Source: Macrostomum lignano (taxonomy: Eukaryota). Taken from it: a stretch of 64,000 bases of DNA. The number at the start of each line of letters is the position of its first letter. Position 1 is the stretch's first letter. Below the pieces are notes generated by a model. That model ran no database searches and was not told where the DNA came from. It saw nothing but the letters and a program-made list of their open reading frames with translations. Shown one piece after another: positions 37,063 through 51,884 of this stretch. The position numbers were made by a program, and so were the translations under genes. Location of the stretch: NCBI GenBank assembly GCA_002269645.1, contig NIVC01000909.1:1-64000 (forward strand). Reading direction: 5' to 3'.

Positions 37063-40000
37063 CTTAGTGTCTGTCTGTCCGTCTGTCTTAGTGTCTGTCT
37101 GTCTTAGTGTCTGTCTGCCTGCCCGCCTGTCTGTCTGTCCATGTTTATTTTTAATCTAAAAAATTGGCGTAACAATTTAGTTAACATCTTATGCACGAAC
37201 AGAGAATTCAAGCTTATTTAAGAAGCCAATCTGAAACCTCTAGGGCAGTTTGCATTATAGCTTGTGTCAGTTTTTTAATAAATTTGGGCCAATCCCCAAG
37301 GCTACAGAAAGTGTACATGGCGTGTGAATGAGTGCACATGTATGTGCTCAAGGCTCAGCGAAATGAGCAGAATTGGCCGCAGTCATCCTATGAAATTTAT
37401 TATCATTAATTCTGTGCCTGCTTCCACCGACAGGTCTCCTTCGCCCTGCCCGAGGACCAGGCGCCCCGACTCTACAGTTATGGCCGGTCGCTCATTCCTC
37501 GCTTCTTTCACAGTCTGTTGCGCAACTGCGATGAAGCTTTCGTGCGCCTGCGCTCCTCCCAGGAGGTCCTGGTGTCCGCGCCGCCCAGGCCGCATCCTCC
37601 TGGCCCGCCGCCGCCTCCTTCTCACCTGCTGATTGTGACGAGTCCGTCTGCCGAGCTTGTGACCACCTATTGCCGCTGCCAGCCCGTCATGTGCAAGGTG
37701 ACTATGCTTGAGGCTGTTTCTGCGGGTCATGCTTAGTTATTGGTAGAACTTCAAAACAACAAAATGAGACCTATCTAGATGCTTTTTAGGGTCATTCCGG
37801 GTCATTAAGGATCAGTTGGTTTCCAAGATCCTTCCCGGTCATCAGGGGTCAGCGGGTTTTCAAGATCATTTCGGGTCGCTAAGGATCAGTGGGATTGCGA
37901 GGTCATCAAGGGTCATTAAGGGTCAGTGGGAATCACAAGGTCATTTCGGGTCATTAAGAAATCAGAGGGTTTTCCAGGTCATTCCGGTTCACTAAGGATC
38001 AATGGGATTGCAAGGTCATCCCGGGTCATTAAGAAATCAGTGGGATTGCAAGGTCATCCCGGGTCATTAAGAAATCAGTGGGACTGCAAGGTCATCCCGG
38101 GTCATTAAGAAATCAGTGGGACTGCAAGGTCATCCCGGGTCATTAAGAAATCAGTGGGACTGCAAGGTCATCCCGGGTCATTAAGAAATCAGTGGGATTG
38201 CAAGGTCATCCCGGGTCATTAAGAAATCAGTGGGATTGCAAGGCCATCCCGGGTCATTAAGAAATCAGTGGGATTGCAAGGTCATCCCGGGTCATTAAGA
38301 AATCAGTGGGATTGCAAGGCCATCCCGGGTCATTAAGAAATCAGTAAGATTGCAAGGTCAGGGGGGCCGTAGCCCAGCGGTCTAGCGCAGGCTCTGGTGT
38401 GCCAGCGACCCAGGCTCGATTCCAAGTGCAGTCACATTAATTGGGGCTGAATTGGAATCTCGGCTTGGCTCTGCTCGTGCAATTAACGGCCTTGAGAGCC
38501 AACCCCCAAGGCGCAGTGAAGTGTACATGCCTAATGTTAATATAAAGTTAGGGCCGCTGTACACTCCTGTGTGAGTGTGTGCCTGCGTACGTATCCGCGC
38601 GCTTGTATGCCTGCTCAGGGGAGTCGGCGGAATGGGCAGTAATGCCTCTCGTCGGTTGTGTGCCAATGTCGCTTAAAGTGCGCCAGGGTGCACACAACCC
38701 CCCTGCCTCTAATAAAATAAAGATTGCAAGGTCATCCCGGGTCATTAAGAAATCAGTGGGATTGCAAGGTCATCCCGGGTCATTAAGAAATCAGTGGGAA
38801 TCACAAGGTCATCCCGGGTCATTAAGAAATCAGTGGGATTGCAAGGTCATCCCGGGTCATTAAGAAATCAGTGGGATTGCAAGGTCATCCCGGGTCATTA
38901 AGAAATCAGTGGGATTGCAAGGTCATCCCGGGTCATTAAGAAATCAGTGGGATTGCAAGGCCATTACGGGTCACTAAGGATCCGGAAGTCATTATGGGGA
39001 ATTAAGCTTCACTGATTTTAAAGGTCATTTAGAGGTCATTAATCATATCGCTAATAGTCATTTAACAATTAAAAAACTCCCCAATTGCCACCCAATTAAG
39101 ATCCTCACGGAGATCAGCCTGATCATCGAGTTCTTCCTGGACGACATGCGGATTCACCTGTGGAGCATGGAGGTCAAGCAGCACCGGGAGCTGGTGCCCC
39201 GATGCGTACTCACCGCCGCCCCAGCCGCGGACGCCGCTGTGAAGTCGCCAATGACCAGAGTGGGTCTATCCAATGAGCTACTGAATTTCAGTAGGCTAGC
39301 AGTGATTCTGCAGCCAATGCAGGAGCTGATGACGCTGCAGAAGCAGCTGGGCCAGCCGCCCAGGCAATGCCTGCAGAGCGCCCTGTATCATAAGTGGCAG
39401 AAAAGCTGCGCGGCTGGCAACGGAGTCGATCCGGCATCGGGCGTCTCCGCCGCCTCTTCGTCGGGTTGTCCAACTTCGGCAACAGCGACTTCAACGGCGG
39501 CCAACGGAGGTTCGACGGCAGCTTCGGCAACCGGCGGCGCCGCGCCAGCCTCCAAGGCGAAGCCGAAGAAGAAGCGGAAAGCGGCCGATAGCGGCGCCGC
39601 CGCGACTGGCGGAGGCGGCGGTCGTGGAGGCGGCGGCAAGAAGTCGACGGCGAAAGGCGCCGCCGCCACCGCCGCTGCAGCCGCTGCAGCCGCCGCAGCG
39701 TCGGGCCCCGGGCCTAACGACGTCATGGTCGTGCTCGAACCGTCGCTTATGGGCGGCGTCGGTGGCGGCGGCGGCGGTGGGGTGGCGGCTGCGGCTACGG
39801 GCCGCCTCCACTGATGGGCCCGGGCGGCGGTGGCAGCAACTCCGCGGCGGCGGCAGCAGCGGCAGCGGCGGCAGCAGCAGCTGCGGCAGCCGCAGCAGCC
39901 GAGGCCGACGAGAGGTGCATCACCCGGCTGGAGAACGCCCAGTACGATCCCGGCCGCGTCGGTATAAACGGCGGCGGCCCGATGTACGGCGGCGGCGGCG

Positions 40001-40359
40001 GCGGCTACTACCCTCCCCCGCAGCATCCGCCCTATTCATCGGCTGGCGGCATGATTAAATACGGCCAGCCTCACGGCGGCCCGCAACCTCCGCCTCATTC
40101 GATGCAGCATCAGCAGCCAATGATGATGCCGCCGCCGCCGATGCCTCATCATCAGCATCATCATCATCAGCAGCCGCCGCCGCCAATGTCGATGCCAATG
40201 CAGATGTACCATCAGGGCCCGATGCCGCCTCAGCAGCCGGTTGGGCCGCCCTGCTCCACTTCCGGCGTCATGCCGCCAATGTCGGTGACCCACAGTCCGG
40301 CAGGCAGTATGGGGTCTTGTCGGAGTAAACCCGGGACCCCGCTGGGCATGCTGGACTAA
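36176..40359 (+). CDS. LDB1: LIM-domain-binding protein (LDB1/2, Chip); exons ~36176-36664, 37434-37697, 39101-40359; 5' end unresolved; 1-nt frameshift at 39779-39782
   Basis: Dimerisation domain DLRIHEINRRL..WWDAFACEFFDD | YSYGRSLIPRFF | EFFLDDMRIHLWSMEVKQHRELVPR; LCCD region VILQPMQELM..CLQSALYHKWQK; LID halves DVMVVLEPSLMGG and EADERCITRLENAQYD. Both introns are phase-0 GT-AG. Confidence 0.9.
36703..37140. repeat. (CTGT)n microsatellite in LDB intron
   Basis: Directly visible. Confidence 0.97.
37790..38985. repeat. 38-bp minisatellite in LDB intron, interrupted by a SINE
   Basis: Unit GGTCATTAAGAAATCAGTGGGATTGCAAGGTCATCCCG. Confidence 0.95.
38361..38719 (+). mobile_element. Full-length tRNA-derived SINE (family A), ~360 bp
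   Basis: A-box-like GGCCGTAGCCCAGCGGTCTAGCG, B-box GGCTCGATTCC, an A-rich tail, and a 15-bp TSD AAGATTGCAAGGTCA (38346-38360 and 38720-38734). Confidence 0.85.
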
Positions 40360-40569
40360 GCTATAAATGTTTATATAATATAAATTATCTAATTATTGAC
40401 TGAATCGCCCAACCCGCTGTGTAAATATATTATTAGTTACCCGCCTGCTCAGCTAACTTTTAGAGGGTTTGTATAGTTGCTGTTATGTTTAGGCTTATCG
40501 TGCTTTGCTTGTTTGTTTGTCACCCTCACTGCCTGTCACTTTTTGACCGCCACACCGTCCTTAGCTGTC

Positions 40570-41700
40570 ACTCCCTGACTGGCACTCTTGAATGTCATCC
40601 TCACTGACTGTCACTCCCTGACTATCACACTCCCCTACTCTGTCACCTCCCCTACTCTGCCACCCTCCCTGACTCTGTCACCCTCCCTGACTCCGCCACC
40701 CTCCCTGACTCTGCCACCCTCCCTGACTCTGTCACCCTCCCTGACTCTGTCACCCTCCCTGACTCTGCCACCCTCCCTGACTCTGTCACCTTCCCTGACT
40801 CTGCACCCTATCTGACTCTGTCACCTTCCCTGACTCTGCCACCCTCCCTGACTCTGCCACCCTCCCTGACTCTGCCACCCTCCCTGACTCTGTCACCCTC
40901 CCTGACTCTGCCACCCTCCCTGACTCTGCCACCCTCCCTGACTCTGCCACCCTCCCTGACTCTGCCACCCTCCCTGACTCTGTCACCCTCCCTGACTCTG
41001 TCACCCTCCCTGACTCTGCCACCCTCCCTGACTCTGCCATCTTCCTTGACTCTGCCACCCTCCCTGACTCTGTCACCCTCCCTGACTCTGCCACCCTCCC
41101 TGACTCTGTCACCTTCCCTGACTCTGCACCCTATCTGACTCTGTCACCTTCCCTGACTCTGCCACCCTCCCTGACTCTGTCACCCTCCCTGACTCTGCCA
41201 CCCTCCCTGACTCTGCCACCCTCCCTGACTCTGCCGCCCTCCCTGACTCTGCCACTCTCCCTGACTCTGTCACCCTCCCTGACTCTGCACCCTACCTGAC
41301 TCTGTCACCTTCCCTGACTCTGCCACCCTCCCTGACTCTGTCACCCTCCCTGACTCTGCCACCCTCCCTGACTCTGCCACCCTCCCTGACTCTGCCACCC
41401 TCCCTGACTCTGCCGCCCTCCCTGACTCTGCCACTCTCCCTGACTCTGTCACCCTCCCTGACTCTGCCACCCTCCCTGACTCTGCCGCCCTCCCTGACTC
41501 TGCCACCCTCCCTGACTCTGCCGCCCTCCCTGACTCTGCCACCCTCCCTGACTCTGCCACCCTCCCTGACTCTGCCACCCTCCCTGACTCTGCCACCCTC
41601 CCTGACTCTGCCGCCCTCCCTGACTCTGCCACTCTCCCTGACTCTGTCACCCTCCCTGACTCTGCACCCTACCTGACTCTGTCACCCTCCCTGACTGTCA
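40570..41700. repeat. 18-bp minisatellite (CCCTCCCTGACTCTG[C/T]CA)n downstream of LDB
   Basis: Directly visible, ~60 units. Confidence 0.95.
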
Positions 41701-42388
41701 CTACTGAATGTCATCGTCACTGACTGTCACTCAGTCAAGACTGTTACCCTCCCTGACTTTCAATCTCTCTATAAATCTCCCTGACTGGCACTCCTCTGAA
41801 GGCCTCTTGGTCAGGATGCAATCAACAAAGGTATAAAGGTACCGTAATATGTATTGTCTGCAATTGTTGATTATGTTTATTATTTCATTAATTAGCTTAT
41901 TAGTCGCTTAAACTGAAGAATAATATTCTTGCTGACCCCAGTTCATGACAAAATTTGGCTTTAACAGCTTTGCGCTCGTTTTACAATTGTCTGTTGCTTT
42001 TTTCTCATCATTTTATCTTCATTTAACAGCTTACCGAAGGAGCTGATCACAAACTGTTTCCAGCCCTCATTCTGTAGAAAATAATTTTAGGCTTTATTCT
42101 TTTTCGAATTTTAAATACGTGGCTTTTAAATTATCGCTACTTTTTTAATTCGATTGAAATCGTTTTTTTCTTGTAATCTAATCTTTTTATAGTAATTCAA
42201 TTTTTTTCTTTTATCATGGGGGCGAAATAAACTTTTTTAGTAATAATAGTAGTATGAGGATACGGCTGATCAGCATCTAGTCCGTCTGTGCCCGCTAAGA
42301 ATGGCTTGAAACTGTACATTGTCTGTTCTCTGAATTAACGCTGGCCTTTCAATTAGCTCAGCTAATCCTGTGTTTTAGCTAACTTTCT

Positions 42389-42389
<1 letters not shown>

Positions 42390-42439
<50 letters not shown>

Positions 42440-42440
42440 T

Positions 42441-42531
<91 letters not shown>

Positions 42532-42586
42532 GGCTGGCTGTCTGTCTGTCTGCCTGCCTGTCTGTCTGTCTGTCTGTCTTTCTGCC

Positions 42587-42685
<99 letters not shown>

Positions 42686-42730
42686 CTGTCTGTCTGTCCG
42701 TCTGTCTGGCTGGCTGTCTGTCTGTCTGCC

Positions 42731-42763
<33 letters not shown>

Positions 42764-42764
42764 T

Positions 42765-42795
<31 letters not shown>

Positions 42796-42796
42796 T

Positions 42797-42831
<35 letters not shown>

Positions 42832-42838
42832 TTCTGCC

Positions 42839-42879
<41 letters not shown>

Positions 42880-42894
42880 GCCTGTCTTTCTGCC

Positions 42895-42935
<41 letters not shown>

Positions 42936-42972
42936 TTCTCTGTCTGTCTTAGTGTCTGTCTGTCTGTCTTAG

Positions 42973-43003
<31 letters not shown>

Positions 43004-43030
43004 GTTTGTCTGGCTGTCTGTCTCTTTCTG
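42390..43030. repeat. (CTGT)n microsatellite
   Basis: Directly visible. Confidence 0.97.
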
Positions 43031-44159
43031 TCAACAAGACAGCTTAAATATCAACATGCAGTACTTCATAAACCAGGAACATAAGCATAGGTGTCGCAGA
43101 ATGTATAGATAGCCCAATTAATTAATGGCTATCTAATTAGCTGTATCGGTATAATTATATCTTCGCACACCGCCCTCATAGTTAGTAATAGTTTTATGGC
43201 ACAGCAATTCATTGCATTTATTTGGTTTTAATAATTGCCCTCTGCTAAACTTTTATACTGCACCCTGGAATTTAGATTTTGGTTAACGAATTTCACCTTT
43301 ACTGATGATGAAATTTAATATAGGAATTTAATTGTTATTTGTTTAATTGCTCGGCCTATCACTTTTCATTATCATGAACTTAGTTTTGTAATCGTAGAAA
43401 ATAAAGTAATTAACAAGCAATAATATTTTATTAATCAAGCATCAATGAATATTGTGACAAGTTTTTTATGCTTTGCGACTTCGAGATTCGGTAAATAAGT
43501 ATGTTGCATGCATGTGTAAGTTGTGAACTGTGTGAACTGCAGCTTGTGTAAATACACAATGCCCCCTTTTGTATCATAATAACTCTTAAATATGTCAAAT
43601 GCTTTTTTCAGCGAACACTTACGGTAATTTCCGTGTTTTTATGCCAGAAATTGTCTGATTCACACCGCTTTTTTATTGACTAATAAAATCTTTTCAATCC
43701 CTTATTAATCCTCTCGCAGGCTTCTCCGTCATTCGTGTGTTTTTTTTTCATTCGATTTCTGCAGCTTTGTTGTTTTTTAGTTGCGTTCTTTTGTTAAAGT
43801 GTTGAAGCAATTACAAATCGCTGCTGTTCTGTCTTATAAAATTCAATTTGCTTTAATTTCTACTTAATTGCTTGTTTTATATTGTTTGGGATGTCCTACT
43901 CCACTTAGGTGTGTGTTTGTAATAATTTAATTAGTTTCAGTTTTGTTTTTCTCACCTCGAATTTGCCACAACTGCCAGAATCGAGGCGATTGAAAATTAT
44001 CTCTTGTCATACATATTATATATATTTATATATAAATATTATATTTGAATGCTATGCCTGTATATTTGGGCAAAGTTCATCTAAATTAATTTGTCTTGCC
44101 TGGAATAACAAAGCTATGTGATACTGGACTCCTTCATTTATGTACGCTTCTCCTAGCTT

Positions 44160-44580
44160 TAGTTCACCCACCCCAACCGGTCCTGATTCACCCACCCCAA
44201 CCATGCCCGATTCACCCACCCCAAATAGTCCCCATTCGCCCACCCCAAATAGTCCCGATTCACCCACCCCAACCAGTCCCGATTCACCCGCCGCAACCAG
44301 TCCCGATTCACCCACCCCAACCAGTCCCGATTCACCCACCCCAACCAGTCCCGATTCACCCACCCAACCAGTCCCGATTCACCCACCCCAACCAGTCCCG
44401 ATTCACCCACCCCAACCAGTCCCGATTCACCCACCCCAACCAGTTCTGATTCACCCACACCAACCAGTCCTTATTCACCCACCCAACCAGTCCCGATTCA
44501 CCCACCCCAACCAGTCCCGATTCACCCACCCCAACCAGTCCTGATTCACCCACCCCAATCAGTCCCGATTCACCCACCGC
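44160..44580. repeat. 24-bp minisatellite (CCCGATTCACCCACCCCAACCAGT)n upstream of LANCL
   Basis: Directly visible. The same family recurs at 45830-46215. Confidence 0.93.
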
Positions 44581-44675
44581 AAGCATCATCGATTCACCCA
44601 CAACTGCAGCCGTTGCTTAATTCCACTGTGCATTGTTGTCAATGAAACAGTACTCATTTTCGCATCATCGTATCT

Positions 44676-47597
<2,922 letters not shown>

Positions 47598-47799
47598 CCT
47601 TTGCTTGTGTAGCTAACCTGATAGAATCTTGCTTTGTTGAAATTTCATGTTAATAGCTAATTGTAGCAAATGCTATGCGCGAACCGTTTCATGGACTAAA
47701 CGTCCTATATACTCATACTTACTACATAGGAAAGGAGAAGCGAGGAAATAAAGGAGCGACGAAATGGGACAGTAGAAAGTTGAACGAAGAAAAGAGAGA

Positions 47800-48440
47800 G
47801 TAGAGAGGGGAGAAGGGAGAGGAGAAAGTTGAGAAGGGAGAGGAGAAATGGGAGAAGGCAGAGGAGAAAGTTGAGAAGGGAGAGGAGAAAGTTGAGAAGG
47901 GAGAGGAGAAATGGGAGAAGGCAGAGGAGAAAGTTGAGAAGGGAGAGGAGAAAGTTGAGAAGGGAGAGGAGAAATGGGAGAAGGCAGAGGAGAAAGTTGA
48001 GAAGGGAGAGGAGAAATGGGAGAAGGCAGAGGAGAAAGTTGAGAAGGGAGAGGAGAAAGTTGAGAAGGGAGAGGAGAAATGGGAGAAGGCAGAGGAGAAA
48101 TTTAAGAAGGGAGAGGAGAAAGTTGAGAAGGGAGAGGAGAAATGGGAGAAGGGAGAGGAGAAATGGGAGAAGGGAGAGGAGAAATGGGAGAAGGGAGAGG
48201 AGAAATGGGAGAAGGGAGAGGAGAAATGGGAGAAGGGAGAGGAGAAATGGGAGAAGGCAGAGGAGAAAGTTGAGAAGGGAGAGGAGAAAGTTGAGAAGGG
48301 AGAGGAGAAAGTTGAGAAGGGAGAGGAGAAAGGGAAGAAGGGAGAGGAGAAAGTTGAGAAGGGAGAGGAGAAAGGGAAGAAGGGAGAGGAGAAATGGGAG
48401 AAGGGAGAGGAGAAGAGAGAGGAGAAAGGAGAGAAGTGAG
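47800..48440. repeat. Purine-rich 21-bp tandem array (GAGAAGGGAGAGGAGAAAGTT / GAGAAGGGAGAGGAGAAATGG)n
   Basis: Directly visible. The + strand can read (RRERRKL/RRERRNG)n. Confidence 0.9.
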
Positions 48441-48879
48441 AAGAGACAAAAAAGGAGGGGGGAGAAGAGAGCTGAAAAGAGACGCAAACTTGAGCAGGCC
48501 GGATTGCTATTGTGAATTTTCAAAGGACCCGAGGGCCGGATAAAGAGGCTTTTGAGGTCCGCAGGTGTAAACAGATGTTGACGACCGAAATTCAATGACA
48601 AAATTTCGATAAATTATATCTGTTGCAGTCAAATATTTTACAATTATCTAACATTTCTTACCCACGTTTTTGTTATTGTTTATCTATAAGTCCCTCATAA
48701 ACTCTTGGTTTCACATTTTGAATTAATAAATACACAAAAATATGCCTATTATTTCGGCACTGATTTGTTGTGTCATTATAAAACCGATCGTGTAATTCGT
48801 GTATTATTAGAGGCATGCGTGTGTTATAACTAACACCATTGGCCTTATATTTTTGGATGAGCTGTGCTCATAATGATTG

Positions 48880-49075
48880 ATACTAGAATCACCTGACTCT
48901 GGCACCACTACTCTTGGTTCAATCCGTGCGCGATCACATACATTTGAAGTTGTGCACGAAAATTGTCCAGAATGTTGTCGTGCCCCCCTCCCTCCCAAGG
49001 TACAGAGAGTGTACACATGCCTGACGATTAGAAAATTGGGGCCGTTTTACACCCTGCTTGAACTTGTGCTTGCCT
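48880..49075 (+). mobile_element. Diverged relative of SINE family A
   Basis: B-box-like ggttcaatcc plus the core cccaaggtacagagagtgtacacatgcctgacgattagaaaattggggccgttttacacc. Confidence 0.5.
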
Positions 49076-49237
49076 TTGTAAAGTATTGGCTCGCTTGTAT
49101 GGTGCTTTGCTTTTATTCTACAGGGGTCTAAGAAAAGTTGCTAGTGAATCGCAAACACGCGTAGGCTGCTTTACCTAAATTGATTGCCTTTACAAACACT
49201 TTCATGGCACTGATAAAGTCATAGATGAAAATTGGCG

Positions 49238-50839
49238 ATGTCAACAACGGAAGAACCGAATGCAGTCTGCAGCTCCAGAGCCTGCCGTTCTCCAGCTAGC
49301 GACCGAAGTCCCCTGTCTGGACTGCAACTGTGCCAGCTGCACATGCAGCGAGATCTTGCTAAGTTAACGCAACGAAAAGATGAATTGGTGCAAATGTTGC
49401 GTCTTATTGGAGACTCGTCTGATAGGTCGCTGCTGCGAGTTGAGCAGAGCGCTCTAGCCGCTGAGATTGACGATGTGAATGACGAGTTTGATGCGCTTCA
49501 GGAGAAGCTGCAGCGCTGGAGGGAGCGGATTCTGTGTCGAGTGCAGGCGGCGCACGATTCGGTGTCTGATCGGCTTAATGACGCTTCCGAGGCTGAGCAG
49601 TGCGAGAAGGACATATCAAATGCTTGTGAAGCCAATGACATGAGAAAAGTGATGGATCTCACTTCTTCGGCTGAGCTGTGGCTCGAGGATGCTAACGAGC
49701 GGCTTGAGCAGTTTACCGAAGCTCGTGTAAAGCTTCACAGTCGACAGGGCTCGGCAAGGCGCGGTCTGAGTGCGGTCTATGTGAAAGTTCGATCAGTGGG
49801 AGACGCATCCTGTGGTGTTAAACAGTTGAACTACATCATTGACAAACACATGGGTGACGTAACTAAACGGTGTTGGTTAGATGATGCGACTACTGATAGT
49901 AGTGAGGCGGTATATTCGTCGCTAGTTTGTCTTCCGGAAGCATCGGCAACAATAGACGGACTTGAGAATAGTCCGTGTCACTTGACTGCCTGCTGCAACA
50001 CTTCCGGGTTCGGTTATGATTCAACTGGTAAAGTCGCGTCCTGTGAGTCGTCAACTTCTAAACTGACTCCTCTGCCTCAGTCGTGTCTTTTCGTTTCTTT
50101 TCAAAATAAGACCGCCGATCATTTGTTGGTAACATCGCTCGATGGAGCTGTAAGAGTGAAGTACTACACTGACTTGGACTGGGATGAATGGATCAGCGGA
50201 CTCCACTGCGACAATGATAGGCAGATGTTATTTATAGCTCAATTCCTGGTTATAACCGTGACCAATCTTGGCGGAGCAGTGCGGCGAGTTATCACCGGCG
50301 ACACTCTCAACCAGAGCAATTTGCGAATCACGGCCATTGCTGGGAGTTTAGACAAAGTTTTTGCATTGAACCGGGCCTTGGGTAATGTTCTGGTAATCAG
50401 TAAGAACTCTGGTAAGCTGGAGTTTAGTATTGATGTGAGCGGCTTTGATGTCGATGGCCTTGATGAGCTCTGTCTGCATGACAACAAGCTGCTGTTGTTA
50501 AACTTTCGTAGCGGTCTTATTCATCGGGTGTGCACCATCACCGGTCAAGTTCTGGCTGCGTATCCAGACTTGTATGATGACCTAGAGCTAGTTCTTCCTG
50601 GGCAAGTAGTCATGGATAGCAGAGGCTTAATGTACGTCTCCGAGAACGGCGGTCAATTCGTGCGAGTCTTATCCTGCTGGAACGGATCGCTAATCCAGAC
50701 GTTGATTGTGGCTAAACTACAACCGTCAGACGATATGTATCGATTCGGCTTGGCTGTGATTGAAGCTGAAGATGCTACTAGCAGTCTGGTTGTCGCCAAT
50801 GAACGCGACAATTCACTACTTGTTTTTTACTTTATTTAA
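49238..50839 (+). CDS. Intronless B-box-like/coiled-coil/beta-propeller (TRIM-NHL-like, no RING) protein, paralog 1
   Basis: 533-aa ORF with N-terminal C-x4-C...C-x2-H, a coiled coil, and C-terminal propeller repeats (PGQVVMDSRGLMYVSENGGQFVRV; LVVANERDNSLLVF). Confidence 0.8.
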   Translation: MSTTEEPNAVCSSRACRSPASDRSPLSGLQLCQLHMQRDLAKLTQRKDELVQMLRLIGDSSDRSLLRVEQSALAAEIDDVNDEFDALQEKLQRWRERILCRVQAAHDSVSDRLNDASEAEQCEKDISNACEANDMRKVMDLTSSAELWLEDANERLEQFTEARVKLHSRQGSARRGLSAVYVKVRSVGDASCGVKQLNYIIDKHMGDVTKRCWLDDATTDSSEAVYSSLVCLPEASATIDGLENSPCHLTACCNTSGFGYDSTGKVASCESSTSKLTPLPQSCLFVSFQNKTADHLLVTSLDGAVRVKYYTDLDWDEWISGLHCDNDRQMLFIAQFLVITVTNLGGAVRRVITGDTLNQSNLRITAIAGSLDKVFALNRALGNVLVISKNSGKLEFSIDVSGFDVDGLDELCLHDNKLLLLNFRSGLIHRVCTITGQVLAAYPDLYDDLELVLPGQVVMDSRGLMYVSENGGQFVRVLSCWNGSLIQTLIVAKLQPSDDMYRFGLAVIEAEDATSSLVVANERDNSLLVFYFI

Positions 50840-51884
50840 CTGAAGATTTTTTGCTACTGCGAGTGCAACGTTGATAAGTCGATCTTCCATTTTTGCGGGT
50901 TCTATGCCATCTAATCAGGATGCTCAGACTGCTAACCGCTCGATTTTGAACTTTTATGGCTTTTTGCATAAAAGGTTTTCAAGCATGGTGTACAGTATTA
51001 AAATAGGAATTAAAAGTGTACAGTAATTTTTACAAACTGGTTTTAAGCTTTGCCAATATAGCGATAACTGTTTGTTCGATTTTTTAAAATATAGTTTAGG
51101 ATACGATCCATTTTTATAATATTGCCAAACTGATTCACAGAACTTCTTACTGTAGATCTTACTATACTGAATTGAGGATTGTCAAAATATTTTATTTATT
51201 TATTTGAAATTCAAGAAAATCAAAGAATAAACAACCAATGAAGTATATTTCTGCGCTTTCACTATTAAGTAATGTTTATTCAAGTTTATTTACTTAAAAA
51301 TATGTTTCTCTTGCGAGCTACCCATTACAAGCTAGCTTCTTTCCTTTACCTACCGGTAATTTGTGATTGGATAACAGTAGTATTAGAATTATCACATTTC
51401 TAATAAACTATTTCTAATTAACTTTGTAAGACAGACCGGATGTTTATGATTAGGCGCAGCCAGTTCGAAGTTTTACATCGTCGAAATCGTGATAAACGTC
51501 TCGAGCTACACTGACTAAAGTATTATTAGAATTGATATAAATTCTCACTTTTCTAAGTATGCGCGTATATTGTATCGGTTTTTTGATATGAACAATTGAA
51601 ATTTTTGACGCCATGTAATTTATGAATGCAGGTAACAAGGTAAAATTATTTGTTTACCATAGAAATTAGGGTTTTTGCTTAGGTTCAGTTTTTAATTGCA
51701 CAGTGTCTTTGACGTAGCATATTTTATTGAGGAGATGGCAGTACCAGAAGCCCCATCGTAAGGAAAGCGCCAAAGTCTGTCCGGGGCACTGCTAAAATTT
51801 GGGAACAGTGGCGCCAAGTCAGCGGGGTGGTGCCATGATTCTGTCCGGCCTGTGCCCCCCCCCCCTAGCTACGCCCGTGTGTCA

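Noticed and set aside
38361-38435. tRNA-like sequence
   Set aside because: It continues into a SINE body with a tail and TSD, so it is a SINE head rather than a tRNA gene.
39288-40293. Overlapping antisense or alternative-frame ORFs across LDB, CDR2, TRIM-like and kinase exons
   Set aside because: They are shadows of GC-rich, low-complexity coding sequence.
40588-41650. ORFs (ESGRVA)n and similar ORFs in the 18-, 20-, 24- and 33-bp arrays
   Set aside because: They are repeat-derived open frames with no flanking coding signal.
51720-51875. GC-rich stretch ending in ccccccctagctacgccc between the TRIM-like genes
   Set aside because: It resembles a MITE terminus, but no matching second end or TSD was found.
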